DNA from: a virus
Lineage: Duplodnaviria; Caudoviricetes
Length of the DNA: 64,000 nucleotides
Direction: 5' to 3' (one strand)
IMG/VR virus record: IMGVR_UViG_3300037418_002791
Location: 11,741-75,740 of that record
Shown: piece by piece, positions 49,680 to 59,997 of the stretch
Layout of the letters: each line of letters opens with the position of its first letter
Numbering within the stretch: the stretch's first letter is position 1
Notes under the pieces: generated by a model
The model's input: the letters and a program-made list of their open reading frames with translations, nothing else
Database searches by the model: none
Told to the model about the DNA's origin: nothing
Program-made: the position numbers and the translations under genes

Positions 49680-50820
49680 ATGGCTGTCGTATGCCGCTGC
49701 GGGGTGCCGGTGATCCGTCTGTTGAGAGACGCGATGCCGCTCACCCTCGACGCGGACCCTATCAATGAATTGGGCGAACTCGACGCATTGTTGCAGGGCG
49801 AAATCACCTATGCGATGTACGGGTCCAATGTCATCAAAAGAACGGTCCGCGAAATAGAAACATATCCGAATCCGCTCGGCGGAAGTCTGTACCGCGCGCA
49901 CGTCTGCCATCGGCCCGTGCCCGAGCCGCTGCGCAAGCGGTTCGATGGACAGTATGAAGGCGACCCCGGATTTTGATCTTCCTTGTGTAAAAGAATCGGG
50001 AATTGAGAGAATTCGATGAGTAAGAAAATAGGTCGCGGCGACTATGTGTGGATCGTCGAATGTCGCAACGCGGATGACGACGAGTGGCTGATCGATCGGG
50101 CGTTCTCGTCGGCGAAGAAGGCCAAGCGCCACGTACTCGACTGTGAGGGCGGCGATGTGACAATCACCGCTCACTTCTACGAGTACGACGGTCGCCGCGA
50201 AACCTACATGTTCCTCGGGCAGGTGGATGGGGAGGACTTCGATTCCTACCGAGTCCGGCGCTACCTGTTCGACGTCTGAGAGAGCGCACAAGTGGATGAG
50301 TTGGAAATCCCCAAAGTCGGGGACGAGATGTATCACCTCGAGGCCGGCTGGGTTCGTATCGCGGCCGTGCGCTACTGGCCGGTGGTCTATTGCGAGTGCG
50401 TGACCGAGCGTGGAGGGCGGTTTTCCGCCGTGCTGTCGGCCCTGTGGGCGAACGAAACCGGTTTCTGGGACCTGGAGGCCGCCTGAGATGGTCGACACCC
50501 TGAATCGCGCGATACGCAAGGCGCGCAAGGCGCATGAATGCTCGATGTGCGGGCGCACCATCGAGCCGGGCGAATCCTACGACTGGTCGAGCAACGTCTA
50601 CGACGGCGACTTCTACGTCTGGAAGCAGTGCGCACACTGCGACGCCATGGTGCGCATCCTGAACCTGCACTACTGGGCCGCCTTCCCCGACGAGGGATTG
50701 GGCCCGGATGACGTCGGCGAGTTCGAGCCGGAGACGATCGCGCAGGCGCGGATCTTCATCGGCTGGAAAACCGGGTGGCGTCGCAAGGACGGCACTCTTC
50801 GCGAGGTGCCCGTTGCCTAA
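49680..50820 (+). CDS. Four small hypothetical ORFs (two zinc-ribbon-like)
   Basis: 49680-49976, 50016-50279, 50292-50486, 50488-50820. Confidence 0.65.
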
Positions 50821-51193
50821 CGCGAACAAGCGCAAGGGCGACACCTTCGAGCGGGTCATGCGCGACTTCTTTCGAATCGCCGGATTCCCCGGCGCGGAGC
50901 GCACAAAGGCCGGCTACGAACGCGACGCCGGAGACATCCACATGGACCCGGTGATCGGAGTCGGCCCGGGCGTCATCTGCCAATGCAAGAACGTCGTGAC
51001 GCCGAAGTGGACCGAATGGCTCGCCGGCCTCGAGGAGCAGATCGCAGAGGCGCGGGCCGATTTCGGATTCATCGCCTGGAAGCGCCGCGGGATCGGTCGA
51101 CCCGAAGACCAGCTCGCAGTCATGTCCATGACCGAACTCGTCCGACTGCTCCGCGCGGCCGGATATGGAACACCACTCGAGGATGAACAGTGA
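50813..51193 (+). CDS. Holliday junction resolvase (PD-(D/E)xK type)
   Basis: NKRKG..FER.....F, D.GDI, QCKN; TTG start. Confidence 0.85.
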   Translation: MPNANKRKGDTFERVMRDFFRIAGFPGAERTKAGYERDAGDIHMDPVIGVGPGVICQCKNVVTPKWTEWLAGLEEQIAEARADFGFIAWKRRGIGRPEDQLAVMSMTELVRLLRAAGYGTPLEDEQ

Positions 51194-51555
51194 ACGACGG
51201 AATCAGCCCGTACGCCTGGGAATGGGTGGCGCTCAAGGGTCTGAAAGATCGCATCTTCATGAACGCCCTCAGCAAGGGGTGGCACGACGATCCGCGCTCC
51301 TTCGGCGACGACATCGCGTTGGCGCATTCCGAGCTGTCGGAAGCGCTCGAGGCATTCCGGGTGACCGGCGACGTGCGCAAAACCTGGTACGGCGACGACG
51401 GCAAACCCGAGGGCGTGGCCAGCGAATTGGCCGACGTGATCATTCGGGTTCTCGACACCGCCGAGAGTTTCAGCATCGACATCCTCGACGTGCTGTTCAA
51501 AAAGATCGAATACAACGAGACCAGGAGCTTCCGGCATGGCGGAAAGCACCTCTGA
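51190..51555 (+). CDS. MazG-like NTP pyrophosphohydrolase
   Basis: ALAHSELSEALEA...ELADVIIRVLD...K..YN..R...HG. Confidence 0.9.
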   Translation: MNDGISPYAWEWVALKGLKDRIFMNALSKGWHDDPRSFGDDIALAHSELSEALEAFRVTGDVRKTWYGDDGKPEGVASELADVIIRVLDTAESFSIDILDVLFKKIEYNETRSFRHGGKHL

Positions 51556-51562
51556 GGCCGGC

Positions 51563-51745
51563 ATGAAGCTGATCGACGAGGACGGAATTCCCTACTACGC
51601 GCATTGGTCCGAAGAAGACGGAGAATGGGTCGGAACATGCCCGTTCTACCCGTCGCTGTCATGGCTAGACCCGAAGCCGTCGGAAGCGCTCGAGGGGATC
51701 AAGCGTCTTGTCGCCGATGTGCGAGAGGATATCGGCGATGAGTGA
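51563..51745 (+). CDS. HicB-like N-terminal domain, standalone
   Basis: WSEEDGEWVG.C...PSLSWL..KP.EAL.GI..LV. Confidence 0.7.
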   Translation: MKLIDEDGIPYYAHWSEEDGEWVGTCPFYPSLSWLDPKPSEALEGIKRLVADVREDIGDE

Positions 51746-52234
51746 CATCTCCGACGCGATCAAACGTGCGAAAGGCCGCCGGCGATCGGTCGCGTGCCTC
51801 ACGAATGAATGGCTCGTCTCGCTGAGCGACGAGGACCGGACCGAACTGAGCGAGTTCGCCATTGCCCACGTGGCATCGGCATTCAACATCGCCGTCGACC
51901 ACGGGTTCGAATACGGCCGGTCGACGTGGACGCAGCATTTCAAGAACCAGTGCCCGTGCGGCAGGGAACGCCATGCAGCTGAGTGAATACCTCGACAAGC
52001 TTTACGACATCTACGACCGCGAAGGCGATATCGATGTCTACGAGTACGACGATGCCGGCAATCGCGAGCCGGAGATCGAGCTTATCCGCAGCGGACTGAA
52101 GAAGTGGCTACTGGTGTGAACGACAAACTCGATTTCGTGGTGCGGGCCGCATTCCTGCCGTTCGACATCGGCGCCATGTTGGCGCTGACCATCACGGCGA
52201 AGATCATCAACAAGACAGTCTGGGGTAGGTAGAA

Positions 52235-53443
52235 GTGGGCGACATCGCCGATCAAGTCCGCGGGGCGACCGCGAAGGCCGAAGGCGGCGCGGAATGCATC
52301 GAGACGCCCGACGGCATCGAGTTCCGCAATGTGAAGACCGATCAGCCTCTCGATTCGGACTGGTCGGCGGTGTTCGCGCGCTTCGGCAAAGATCCGCGCT
52401 ACTTCCGGATCAAGAACGACACCGTGAAGATGCGAATCTCGGAATGGCAGCAGTCGCGCCGGACCGACGACGGTGACCGCGACACGGTGACGCTGCACAG
52501 CTATTCCTACGACGCCGCGTTCGAGCGCCTGTCGCAGCCTCCGCTGTCGGACGAGGAAATCGCAGAGCACCGCCGGCGCGTGCAGCGCTGGAAACTGCCC
52601 AAATCGCTACCGGTCGCCGGTACCGGCCAATCGGTCGCGGCCGTCATCAATCTGGCCGACATCCAGGGCGGCAAATCCGAGGGCGGGGGAGTGCAGGCGA
52701 CGATCGATCGAATGCTCGACGGCCTCGAGAACGCACAGCAGTGGCTCAACCGGTGCGCCGAGTTCCACCAGATCGACGAGGTGGTCATCGTCAACAACGG
52801 CGACCCGCTCGAAGGCTGCGACGGCTCGTACACGAGTCAGATGTTCACCGTCGAACTCGATATGCGCGGGCAGATGAACTTCGTCCTCGACATGTGGGAG
52901 ACCTACGCCCGCACGCTGTTCCCGCAATTCGAGAAGGGTCGCTTCGTCTCGGTGCTGTGCAACCACGGTCAGCTCTCACGGCAGAGCGGGCGCGACAATC
53001 GCACCACCGATGCCGACAACGCCGGTGGATTCCTCGCCGAAACGCTGCAGCGCATCCTGCGCGAGCGCTCGGAGTTCGACCATGTGCGCTGGACCATCCC
53101 GCACGACGAAATGGTGGTCTACGCCGAGGCGGCCGGCGTGCCGATGGCGTTTTGCCACGGCCACAAGATTCCCAAGAGCGACGCCACCGGATTCGAGACC
53201 TGGCTCAACGGTCAGGTCCGCGGCGATGCCCAGGCGCACAACGCGAAGATCTGGGTGACCGCGCATCGTCACAATTTCCAGGCGTTCGACCTTGGAAGCA
53301 CGGCGGTGTTTCAGGCTCCCAGCCTCGACGGCGGCTCGAAATGGTATCGCGACCGCACAGGCCGATACGCCCGCGCCGGTCTGATCGCTTTCCTTGTCGG
53401 CGACCACTTTCCACTGAAATGGGACAGTCTTGCCTTCCTCTGA
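52235..53443 (+). CDS. Metallophosphoesterase-fold (Mre11-like) nuclease
   Basis: LADIQ, NGD..EG, CNHG, FCHGH, AHRH. Confidence 0.85.
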   Translation: MGDIADQVRGATAKAEGGAECIETPDGIEFRNVKTDQPLDSDWSAVFARFGKDPRYFRIKNDTVKMRISEWQQSRRTDDGDRDTVTLHSYSYDAAFERLSQPPLSDEEIAEHRRRVQRWKLPKSLPVAGTGQSVAAVINLADIQGGKSEGGGVQATIDRMLDGLENAQQWLNRCAEFHQIDEVVIVNNGDPLEGCDGSYTSQMFTVELDMRGQMNFVLDMWETYARTLFPQFEKGRFVSVLCNHGQLSRQSGRDNRTTDADNAGGFLAETLQRILRERSEFDHVRWTIPHDEMVVYAEAAGVPMAFCHGHKIPKSDATGFETWLNGQVRGDAQAHNAKIWVTAHRHNFQAFDLGSTAVFQAPSLDGGSKWYRDRTGRYARAGLIAFLVGDHFPLKWDSLAFL

Positions 53444-53650
53444 CGAGCCTGTCTATGCGATTCACATCGACCGGCATCGCTGTCCATCGTGCGGCGCGTT
53501 CTGTAAATCGATGTGGAGTTCGGATTGGGGCACCGATCCGAAGTGGCAGTGCAACAACTGCGGTGACCGCACCTGAACGTCTGCAACCAGTAACCCATCG
53601 GCTACCTCGGTAGCCCTTGTCTCCCTCAGCGGAAGTAACGGAGATTCGTC

Positions 53651-53842
53651 ATGTCCACCGCATACCTGACCCGGCGCCAAGTCGCCGAACGCCTCGGCGT
53701 GTCAGAAGGCACGCTCGCCAACTGGTCCACCCAGGGCAAAGGCCCCAAGTGCGTCCGCCTCGGGGCCCGTGGTGGGCGCGTCCGCTATCCCGCCGAGGCG
53801 TACTTCGAGTGGGAGCGGGCGCTCAACGAATCAACATCGTGA
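53651..53842 (+). CDS. Excisionase (winged HTH)
   Basis: YLTRRQVAERLGVSEGTLANW...GKGP.....G..VRY; directly upstream of integrase. Confidence 0.85.
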   Translation: MSTAYLTRRQVAERLGVSEGTLANWSTQGKGPKCVRLGARGGRVRYPAEAYFEWERALNESTS

Positions 53843-53855
53843 GAAAGGTTCACCC

Positions 53856-55166
53856 ATGCCACGAGAGGCATTGGAGCCGGGCGAGTTCCCGCCCAAGCAC
53901 AAGATCCGGCCGATCAAGGGTGCCGATGGCGTCTGGCGTCTGACCAACATCCGCCACCGCACCATCTCCGGATCGTACGTTCGCACGTCGGCGCAGGGCC
54001 GCACGAAAGATGAATGCCTGCAGGAGTTCACGCGCCGATGGGAGGTCAACAACCGCAAAGGCTCGGTCCGCCAACGCTTGCGCGACACCACGAAGTTCTC
54101 GCAGACCGACAAGCTGTCCACGCTGTTCGCCCGGTTCGACGCCGACCAGAAGGCGAAGGCCGAAGCGGGCAAGATCAAGCATTACACCTACGAGGTGTAT
54201 CACCGCTCGATCTACCCGATGAAGGGCGGCAAGTCCGGCGCGATCAAGCTCGACACCGAACTGGGCGGCTACACGATCGGCGAGATGGGCGTTCCCGCGG
54301 AATTGCACGCCTACCTGTGCGACATCGCCGATCTCTCGCCGGCGACGGCATATCGGCATCACAACATCCTGCGCGTCTGCTACCGCATCGTGACCCTCGA
54401 GGGCATGTACACCGTCTCTCCGATGTCGCAGGTACCGACGCCGGATGTCACGGTGGCCAACCCGCAACGGGCGCTCACCGAGGACGAGCGCTACGGCCTG
54501 GTGTACATGCTGCGCCGGAAAGAGGACTGGGTTGCCGGGCACAACTACGTCGTGGCCTTCGCGCTGACAATGCTCGGTACCGGTTTGCGACCGGGTGAGG
54601 CCCTGGCCCTGCGGTGGTGCGACCTTCCGGATCTCGACGACCTCGACGTCGACAAGGCCGTCATGTACGTCGGCGGGACGATGATCCGGCGCAGAGGCAT
54701 GGATGCCGAGCGCCAGGAGAGCCGCAAGACCGGAGAGGGGTCCGAATACTGGATCACCCTGCCGAAGTGGCTGACGCGCGAGCTGAGGGCGTGGAAGCAC
54801 ATCTGCAGGCCGGCCTCCGAAGCCGAGCATCTGTTCACCATCGACGGCCGCCCGCTGACGGTCGGCCGGTCGCACAACTCGCTCGAGAAGCTGCGGGCCG
54901 GAACGTCGATGGAGTGGTTCTCGTGGGGGAACCTGCGCGATACCGTCGCCACAGAGGTCGCCAAGCGCAGTGGGGACGATATGCATGCCGCCGCGCAACT
55001 CGGCCACTCGGCGGGTGCCACGTTCACCAGCCGTCACTACATCGACCGGCGGGGGTGGGTTCATGTTACTGTCGATAACAGTAAGTGGCTCGAGTTCCTG
55101 TACCCGGGCGAAAGTGACAGCAATGTGACGATTTTGGAGTCGATTCACGGTCCCGAATCGTCCTGA
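53856..55166 (+). CDS. Tyrosine integrase
   Basis: TGLRPGEALALRW, GNLR (HxxR position), QLGH, RHY. Confidence 0.9.
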   Translation: MPREALEPGEFPPKHKIRPIKGADGVWRLTNIRHRTISGSYVRTSAQGRTKDECLQEFTRRWEVNNRKGSVRQRLRDTTKFSQTDKLSTLFARFDADQKAKAEAGKIKHYTYEVYHRSIYPMKGGKSGAIKLDTELGGYTIGEMGVPAELHAYLCDIADLSPATAYRHHNILRVCYRIVTLEGMYTVSPMSQVPTPDVTVANPQRALTEDERYGLVYMLRRKEDWVAGHNYVVAFALTMLGTGLRPGEALALRWCDLPDLDDLDVDKAVMYVGGTMIRRRGMDAERQESRKTGEGSEYWITLPKWLTRELRAWKHICRPASEAEHLFTIDGRPLTVGRSHNSLEKLRAGTSMEWFSWGNLRDTVATEVAKRSGDDMHAAAQLGHSAGATFTSRHYIDRRGWVHVTVDNSKWLEFLYPGESDSNVTILESIHGPESS

Positions 55167-55440
55167 CCTGCGTGGATGACAACGGAGTCTGATACCGATG
55201 AAGGTATTTACATGGGCATATCGGACCCTTCGCGTGATGCCCCGAGTTTCACCGTCTTCCACTGCGTAGCAACGGTTTTCGCTCTCACCGAGTCTCATGC
55301 AGTCTCATTGGGTTTCACGAGGCTTCACGAGTCAAAATGACAGTGAAAACGACGGCGAGATTCACTCGGTTTCACGCCCGGATCGTGATGTAGGCTGACC
55401 CTACGCCACCGCCCTCGGGTCAAACTTGGACGGCGGCGCA
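55090..55440. repeat. attP-like region with tandem 10-bp arm-type repeats
   Basis: Five in-phase 10-mers 55281-55330 (GCTCTCACCG AGTCTCATGC AGTCTCATTG GGTTTCACGA GGCTTCACGA), more at 55245 and 55358-55377. Confidence 0.65.
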
Positions 55441-55448
55441 TATCGATT

Positions 55449-55481
55449 GAACCCCCGGGCGACCCTTTGGTCCGGGGGTTC
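55449..55481 (+). terminator. Intrinsic terminator
   Basis: GAACCCCCGG / CCGGGGGTTC stem then TCTGTCGT. Confidence 0.75.
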
Positions 55482-55601
55482 TGTCGTATCTGGACCCCGG
55501 CGTGTCGTCGATGCGACACGCCGATGACTTTTCCGGCCCGGCAACCGCTGCGCTACGGCCGTGCACATACCCTGTCGGGGTAGGGGTATACGGTAGTTAG
55601 C

Positions 55602-56360
55602 GTGGGTAAAGAGTCGGTGTGCGGGCATTGCGACAGCCCCACCGAAAATGTGCTGTGCAATGACTGCATTCGGGTGTTCCGCAGCAACATCGAAATCGCG
55701 GAATGGCTACTCGAGCAGCTGGGAATCACCGCATCGCGGCAGGCTGTAATGGGCCAGAAGTACGGCGGGAAATCGGCCGAGACGCCCGACCCTGTGCATT
55801 GGGGCGCGGCTGCGGCCAAGGCCACACTGCAATACGAACTCGACAGCTGTGCCACCGCCATGGCGCGCGACCTTCGATTGCTCGTTGGCAATGCCATCGA
55901 ATTCCTCGACGATCACATTCATGATCTGGCGATCTGGATGCCTGCGGGCAAACACTCGCGACTGATCGATGCCGCGGTGTCGCGCGCGATGAAAGCGATC
56001 GACTGCGAGCCGCCGAAAAGCATCTACCAGGCTCCGTGTGATGTCACCGGCTGCGAGGGTGAATGGTGGACCATCCCCGGCGACCCCGGCTATGTGAGTT
56101 GCGATCAGTGTGGCATCACGGTTTCGCGCGAGGGTGTCATCCGCCGGCTGAACGAAGTGGTCGACGGCAATCTGTATTCGATCACCGAGATCGCGTTGAT
56201 CGCCTCGATGCGCCTGGGTCGCAATATCGACCGCGATCAGATCTACCAATTGACGCAGCGGCACCTGAATCCGCTGCAGTCGCGCGGCCGTGCTTCCGAT
56301 GGAGTGAAACTCTATTCCATCGCGGATGTCGAACCGCGATTGCGTCGGCACAGGAAGTGA
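55602..56360 (+). CDS. Putative late transcriptional regulator (zinc fingers plus C-terminal HTH)
   Basis: CGHC...C..C, later C...C and C..C; position before HNH/end region. Confidence 0.6.
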   Translation: MGKESVCGHCDSPTENVLCNDCIRVFRSNIEIAEWLLEQLGITASRQAVMGQKYGGKSAETPDPVHWGAAAAKATLQYELDSCATAMARDLRLLVGNAIEFLDDHIHDLAIWMPAGKHSRLIDAAVSRAMKAIDCEPPKSIYQAPCDVTGCEGEWWTIPGDPGYVSCDQCGITVSREGVIRRLNEVVDGNLYSITEIALIASMRLGRNIDRDQIYQLTQRHLNPLQSRGRASDGVKLYSIADVEPRLRRHRK

Positions 56361-56546
56361 ATTGACTCACAACAAAGCCGAATTCTTGCTTTATTCGGGA
56401 ATGTCGGTGTTATGCTCACGCTGTTGCGTGAGTCGTAACCTCAAATCGTTGACCGCGACGAAACAGCGGATACCGGTTGAATCCGGCGGAGTGTCGCCCG
56501 ACTCCGATACAGCAGACCGGGCACATTCTTTTCGCCGGAGGTGCGC

Positions 56547-56789
56547 GTGAATCTGCACCCTTCCGATTACGCCTGGGCGGTTCTCATCGCCGGCGTTGTT
56601 GCGTGGGAGATATTCTCACCTCCGGGCGAACTTCTCTCCGAAGCCGTTGACCGTCATCTGGTCCGGCATCCCGGGCTGACTCGAGCGGCGATCCTGATTA
56701 CCGCCGCCCATCTGTTGAATGCGCTCGAAGTGCGTCCACTGCAGTGGATCGACATTTACGCGCACATCGCCCGAATCGGCAACCGATGA
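56547..56789 (+). CDS. Small membrane protein
   Basis: AW..L.AGV.AWE..SPPGELLSEAVDR motif common in actinophages. Confidence 0.7.
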   Translation: MNLHPSDYAWAVLIAGVVAWEIFSPPGELLSEAVDRHLVRHPGLTRAAILITAAHLLNALEVRPLQWIDIYAHIARIGNR

Positions 56790-57504
56790 CCGCTCCCATG
56801 ACCGCGCCGGCCGCATGCCCGTCATTCCTCGCCCTCGACGACGAGACGACGTTTCTGATCGACTGCGGAAAGACCAAGGGCCACCCCGATATGCATCGTG
56901 CCGCGAACGGCCGCGAATGGACCGATGCGGAAGGGCGGCAGCGGTGAGTCTCGCTGAGATCGAAGACCAGATGCACGAGGCATTCGAATTTTTGCTCGCA
57001 TCGTGGATTCACGGTCACGCCGGCGAAGTCGACCGCCTGTCCGGCGCCATCGAAGACGCCAATCATGCGTGGCTCGAAAACCTCATGCAGGAGCACTGAC
57101 GTTTGCAGCAGATCGACTCAACCGATGACCTCACCCTTGCCGATCGCCTCGGAACCGATGTGTTCCGCGAACTCCGTGCCCGAATTCTGCAGGGCGTGTC
57201 AACAGCCGAACCTTCTGAGGACCACGATGCCGAGTAAGCGCAACCCCACTGCGCAACTGATCGCCGACAACATCGCCACCCTGCATTCGTCGCAGGGTCA
57301 GCTGAAACTGACGTGGCTGATGTCGGAACAGCAGGAACCGGTTCGCTACGCCATCGGCGAAGGCATTCTGGATCTGCTGAGCAAGCACGGCGTCATGAAC
57401 GGTGTGCCGACACCGGTGATCGAACTGTTGGATCGCTGGGAATCCACGCCGGCCCTGCGCCGCGGCGCTGCGGCCAAGGAACTGCGCGAGGCACTGGGAC
57501 TGTG

Positions 57505-57822
57505 ATGCGCATCGTCAGCACCGGCCGCCAGTGCGGAAAGACGACCGAACTGATTCGCATGGCTGTCGGCCACAGCGAGTGCGTAATCGTTTGCCCGACA
57601 CGCGAGCGTGCCGAGGGTGTCGCGTGGGCCGCCCGAAAGATGGGCGTCAATATCACGAAGCCGGTCACCTGGGCCGAGTTCATCAGCGGCACTCCCGCTC
57701 GCGGCCGGCACGTCGAATACCTGATCGACGACCTCGACGATTGCCTGTCCCGATACGGGGCAGTAGTCGCCGCGTCTGTCACCGGAGTGAGTGTCGATGT
57801 ACACCAAGTTCCAGCGGGATAA
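57505..57822 (+). CDS. Miniature P-loop protein
   Basis: GRQCGKTT Walker A, VIVCPT, YLIDD Walker B-like in 105 aa. Confidence 0.7.
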   Translation: MRIVSTGRQCGKTTELIRMAVGHSECVIVCPTRERAEGVAWAARKMGVNITKPVTWAEFISGTPARGRHVEYLIDDLDDCLSRYGAVVAASVTGVSVDVHQVPAG

Positions 57823-58560
57823 CGTTCTCCGCCTCGCCATCGAGGTGGCCCAGAATGCGGCCTCGCGGGTGGGTGTCGAATCGGAGATCCGCAACAGCGT
57901 CAATGGTGACATCATCCTGACCTTCCGCAATCCGAAGGACGAAAAGGCGTGAGATGGCCGTGGGGGAGGACCCGTCGGGAGGGCCCATCCAGGACCCGCC
58001 CGGAAGGACCCCAAGGCAATCCCGTCCAGGACCCGGGCGGAAATACCCTCCAGGACCCGAGCCGAAATTTGTCCGACGGTGAATGGGCCGAGTGCCCCGG
58101 CGGTGCGACCGTGCAGGCCGATGGCGAGTTTGTCGCCGTGCGGGTCTACTTCGATATCCACAAAGCCCTCGCCGATTTCGACGAGTTCCGCGATCACATC
58201 GTTAGGCGCTATCACTGATGTCAGACTTCATGCCGGTTGAGCGGATCGATTTCGCTGAGTTCGGATCGCTCACCGCGATGACGTTGAGCGAGAACAGCGT
58301 GATCATGCTGCAGCTCAAGCCGGGCGTGCAGCTCGATATGGTGGCGGCGCAACGCCTGCGCGAGCGCACCCAGTCGATCTTCCCGGACAATCCGGTGGTC
58401 GTCATGGATGGTTCGATGATGGATCTGAAGGTCTACGACTTTCCGACGCCGGAGCCGACGCCCGATCAGGTGCTCGAGAAGAAGATCCGCGTCGCCGCCA
58501 ACGTCATCAGTCTGGCGATCATGGCTGTGCGTGTCGTGCGATGGGCCCGGCGCCGTCGCC

Positions 58561-58935
58561 ATGCCACATAAGTCACCCACTCCGTGCCGGTGCGGGCGCA
58601 AGGTCGTCTCGCACGGCAAATGCGAGACGTGCCTCTCGAAGTCTCGCCGGCAGATCGATCGGGTCCGCGGCAACGCCGGTGAACGCGGCTACGGGCAAGA
58701 CCATCGCGAAGACTTCCGCGCCGCTGTGCTCAAGCGCGACCACTGGGTGTGCCGTATGTGCGGTGGGGCGGCTGTCGCTGCCGACCACTACCCGAGCACT
58801 CGCCGTGAACTGGTGGCCGCCGGCCTGAATCCCAACGATCCGCAGTACGGACGAGCGCTGTGCACGACCTGCCACAACCGGCATACCGCCAAGGCGACCC
58901 AAGCCGCCGCGAGAGGCCGCCGCGCACGCTCGTGA
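58561..58935 (+). CDS. HNH endonuclease (packaging-associated type)
   Basis: RGYG..H..FR..VL.RD...C..C....ADH...LC..CHN.HT. Confidence 0.9.
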   Translation: MPHKSPTPCRCGRKVVSHGKCETCLSKSRRQIDRVRGNAGERGYGQDHREDFRAAVLKRDHWVCRMCGGAAVAADHYPSTRRELVAAGLNPNDPQYGRALCTTCHNRHTAKATQAAARGRRARS

Positions 58936-58939
58936 CTCG

Positions 58940-59240
58940 CCGCGCCGCGGCGGATACCAAAAAAATTTTTCAGAGCACTTCGATTTCCGGCAAAATGAGG
59001 CCGGCCGAAATCTAGATAGTTGCCTTCCCTAAAGAAGATATTAGCGAAGCTAACGACCGGTACCCCCTCAGGGTATGACCGGTACACCCCTGGGGTATGC
59101 CGGAAATATCCGGGTCGCAAGATCATGGTGAACACCGTTCACTAATGCCCGTGACGAAGGCTCGACACTGCCGGCCTTTAGCGTCGCTAACGATCGGTCG
59201 TTACCGAATCGATACTTAGACCGACTAACGATCTGGCTCC
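58940..59240. repeat. Repeat-rich non-coding region, possible cos/packaging-control site
   Basis: A7T5 tract, tandem 22-mers at 59055/59077, TTAGC-N3-GCTAACGA(C/T)CGGT at 59041 and 59178. Confidence 0.45.
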
Positions 59241-59697
59241 GGTTCCATCCGTCCCGCGGATGGTCGCCGGCCCGCTGAGTAGGCCGGCGCGAATGGTTCC
59301 CGCTTTATCCCGCGGGTGCGGATATCTCCGCCGGCTGTGGCGCCCTGGGCGCACGTCCTGTCACTGCCTCACCTCCAATCTGTTGACTCTCCGCTGTGGG
59401 CCCACCGACGCGAATCGGTGCGGGTGCGTGGCCGTTGGCCACTGTGTGACGAACGGTCCGCCTCCGTAGCGGAGGCTCGAGTTCGTCGGTCCCGATGTGC
59501 AGCTGTACGCCTCTGTGCGGAGGCGAACGGCCACGGGCCCTATGAATGACTATCCGGTCGGACAACGCGCGGGAGAACGGCTCTCAGCGTGTTGGGCCCG
59601 AACGGATAGGCACCGATAGGGAAGTACCCGCAACGCAAAACGGGCCCGCACAACGCCTTGTGAGCGTCGTACGGGCCCGAATCGGTGCGGGTAGGTC

Positions 59698-59997
59698 TCA
59701 TTGAGCCTCGAGGACTTCCAGGGCTCTCAGTAGTGCCGTGGTGAGCGATTCCGATTGACCATACGTCTCGGAGTAGTCTCCCTCGTCGTCGCGCTCGAGC
59801 GAGACAAGCCACTCACCGGAACGCTCGCCATGCTCGCGAGCAAGTCCATGGTCCTCGTCGGTGGCGAGTAGGTAGATTCCGTCTTTGTACGCGCACAGCG
59901 CGCGGCAGCCTCCGCCCGTCCCTGCCGCACGCACGTTCGTCCAACCGAGACGTGACAGCGTGTCGATTTCCGGGCCGTATTCGGCGTAGGTAGTCAC
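59698..59997 (-). CDS. Hypothetical protein (homologous to N-terminus of next gene)
   Basis: L..LG......GTGGG...Y.LAT...HG....W.V. Confidence 0.75.
   Translation of the reverse strand: MTTYAEYGPEIDTLSRLGWTNVRAAGTGGGCRALCAYKDGIYLLATDEDHGLAREHGERSGEWLVSLERDDEGDYSETYGQSESLTTALLRALEVLEAQ

Noticed and set aside
55330-55440. tRNA-derived attP core
   Set aside because: No T-arm or CCA-like fragment recognisable in the att-like region
56440-56470. Hammerhead ribozyme suggested by GACGAAAC
   Set aside because: No CTGANGA core nearby
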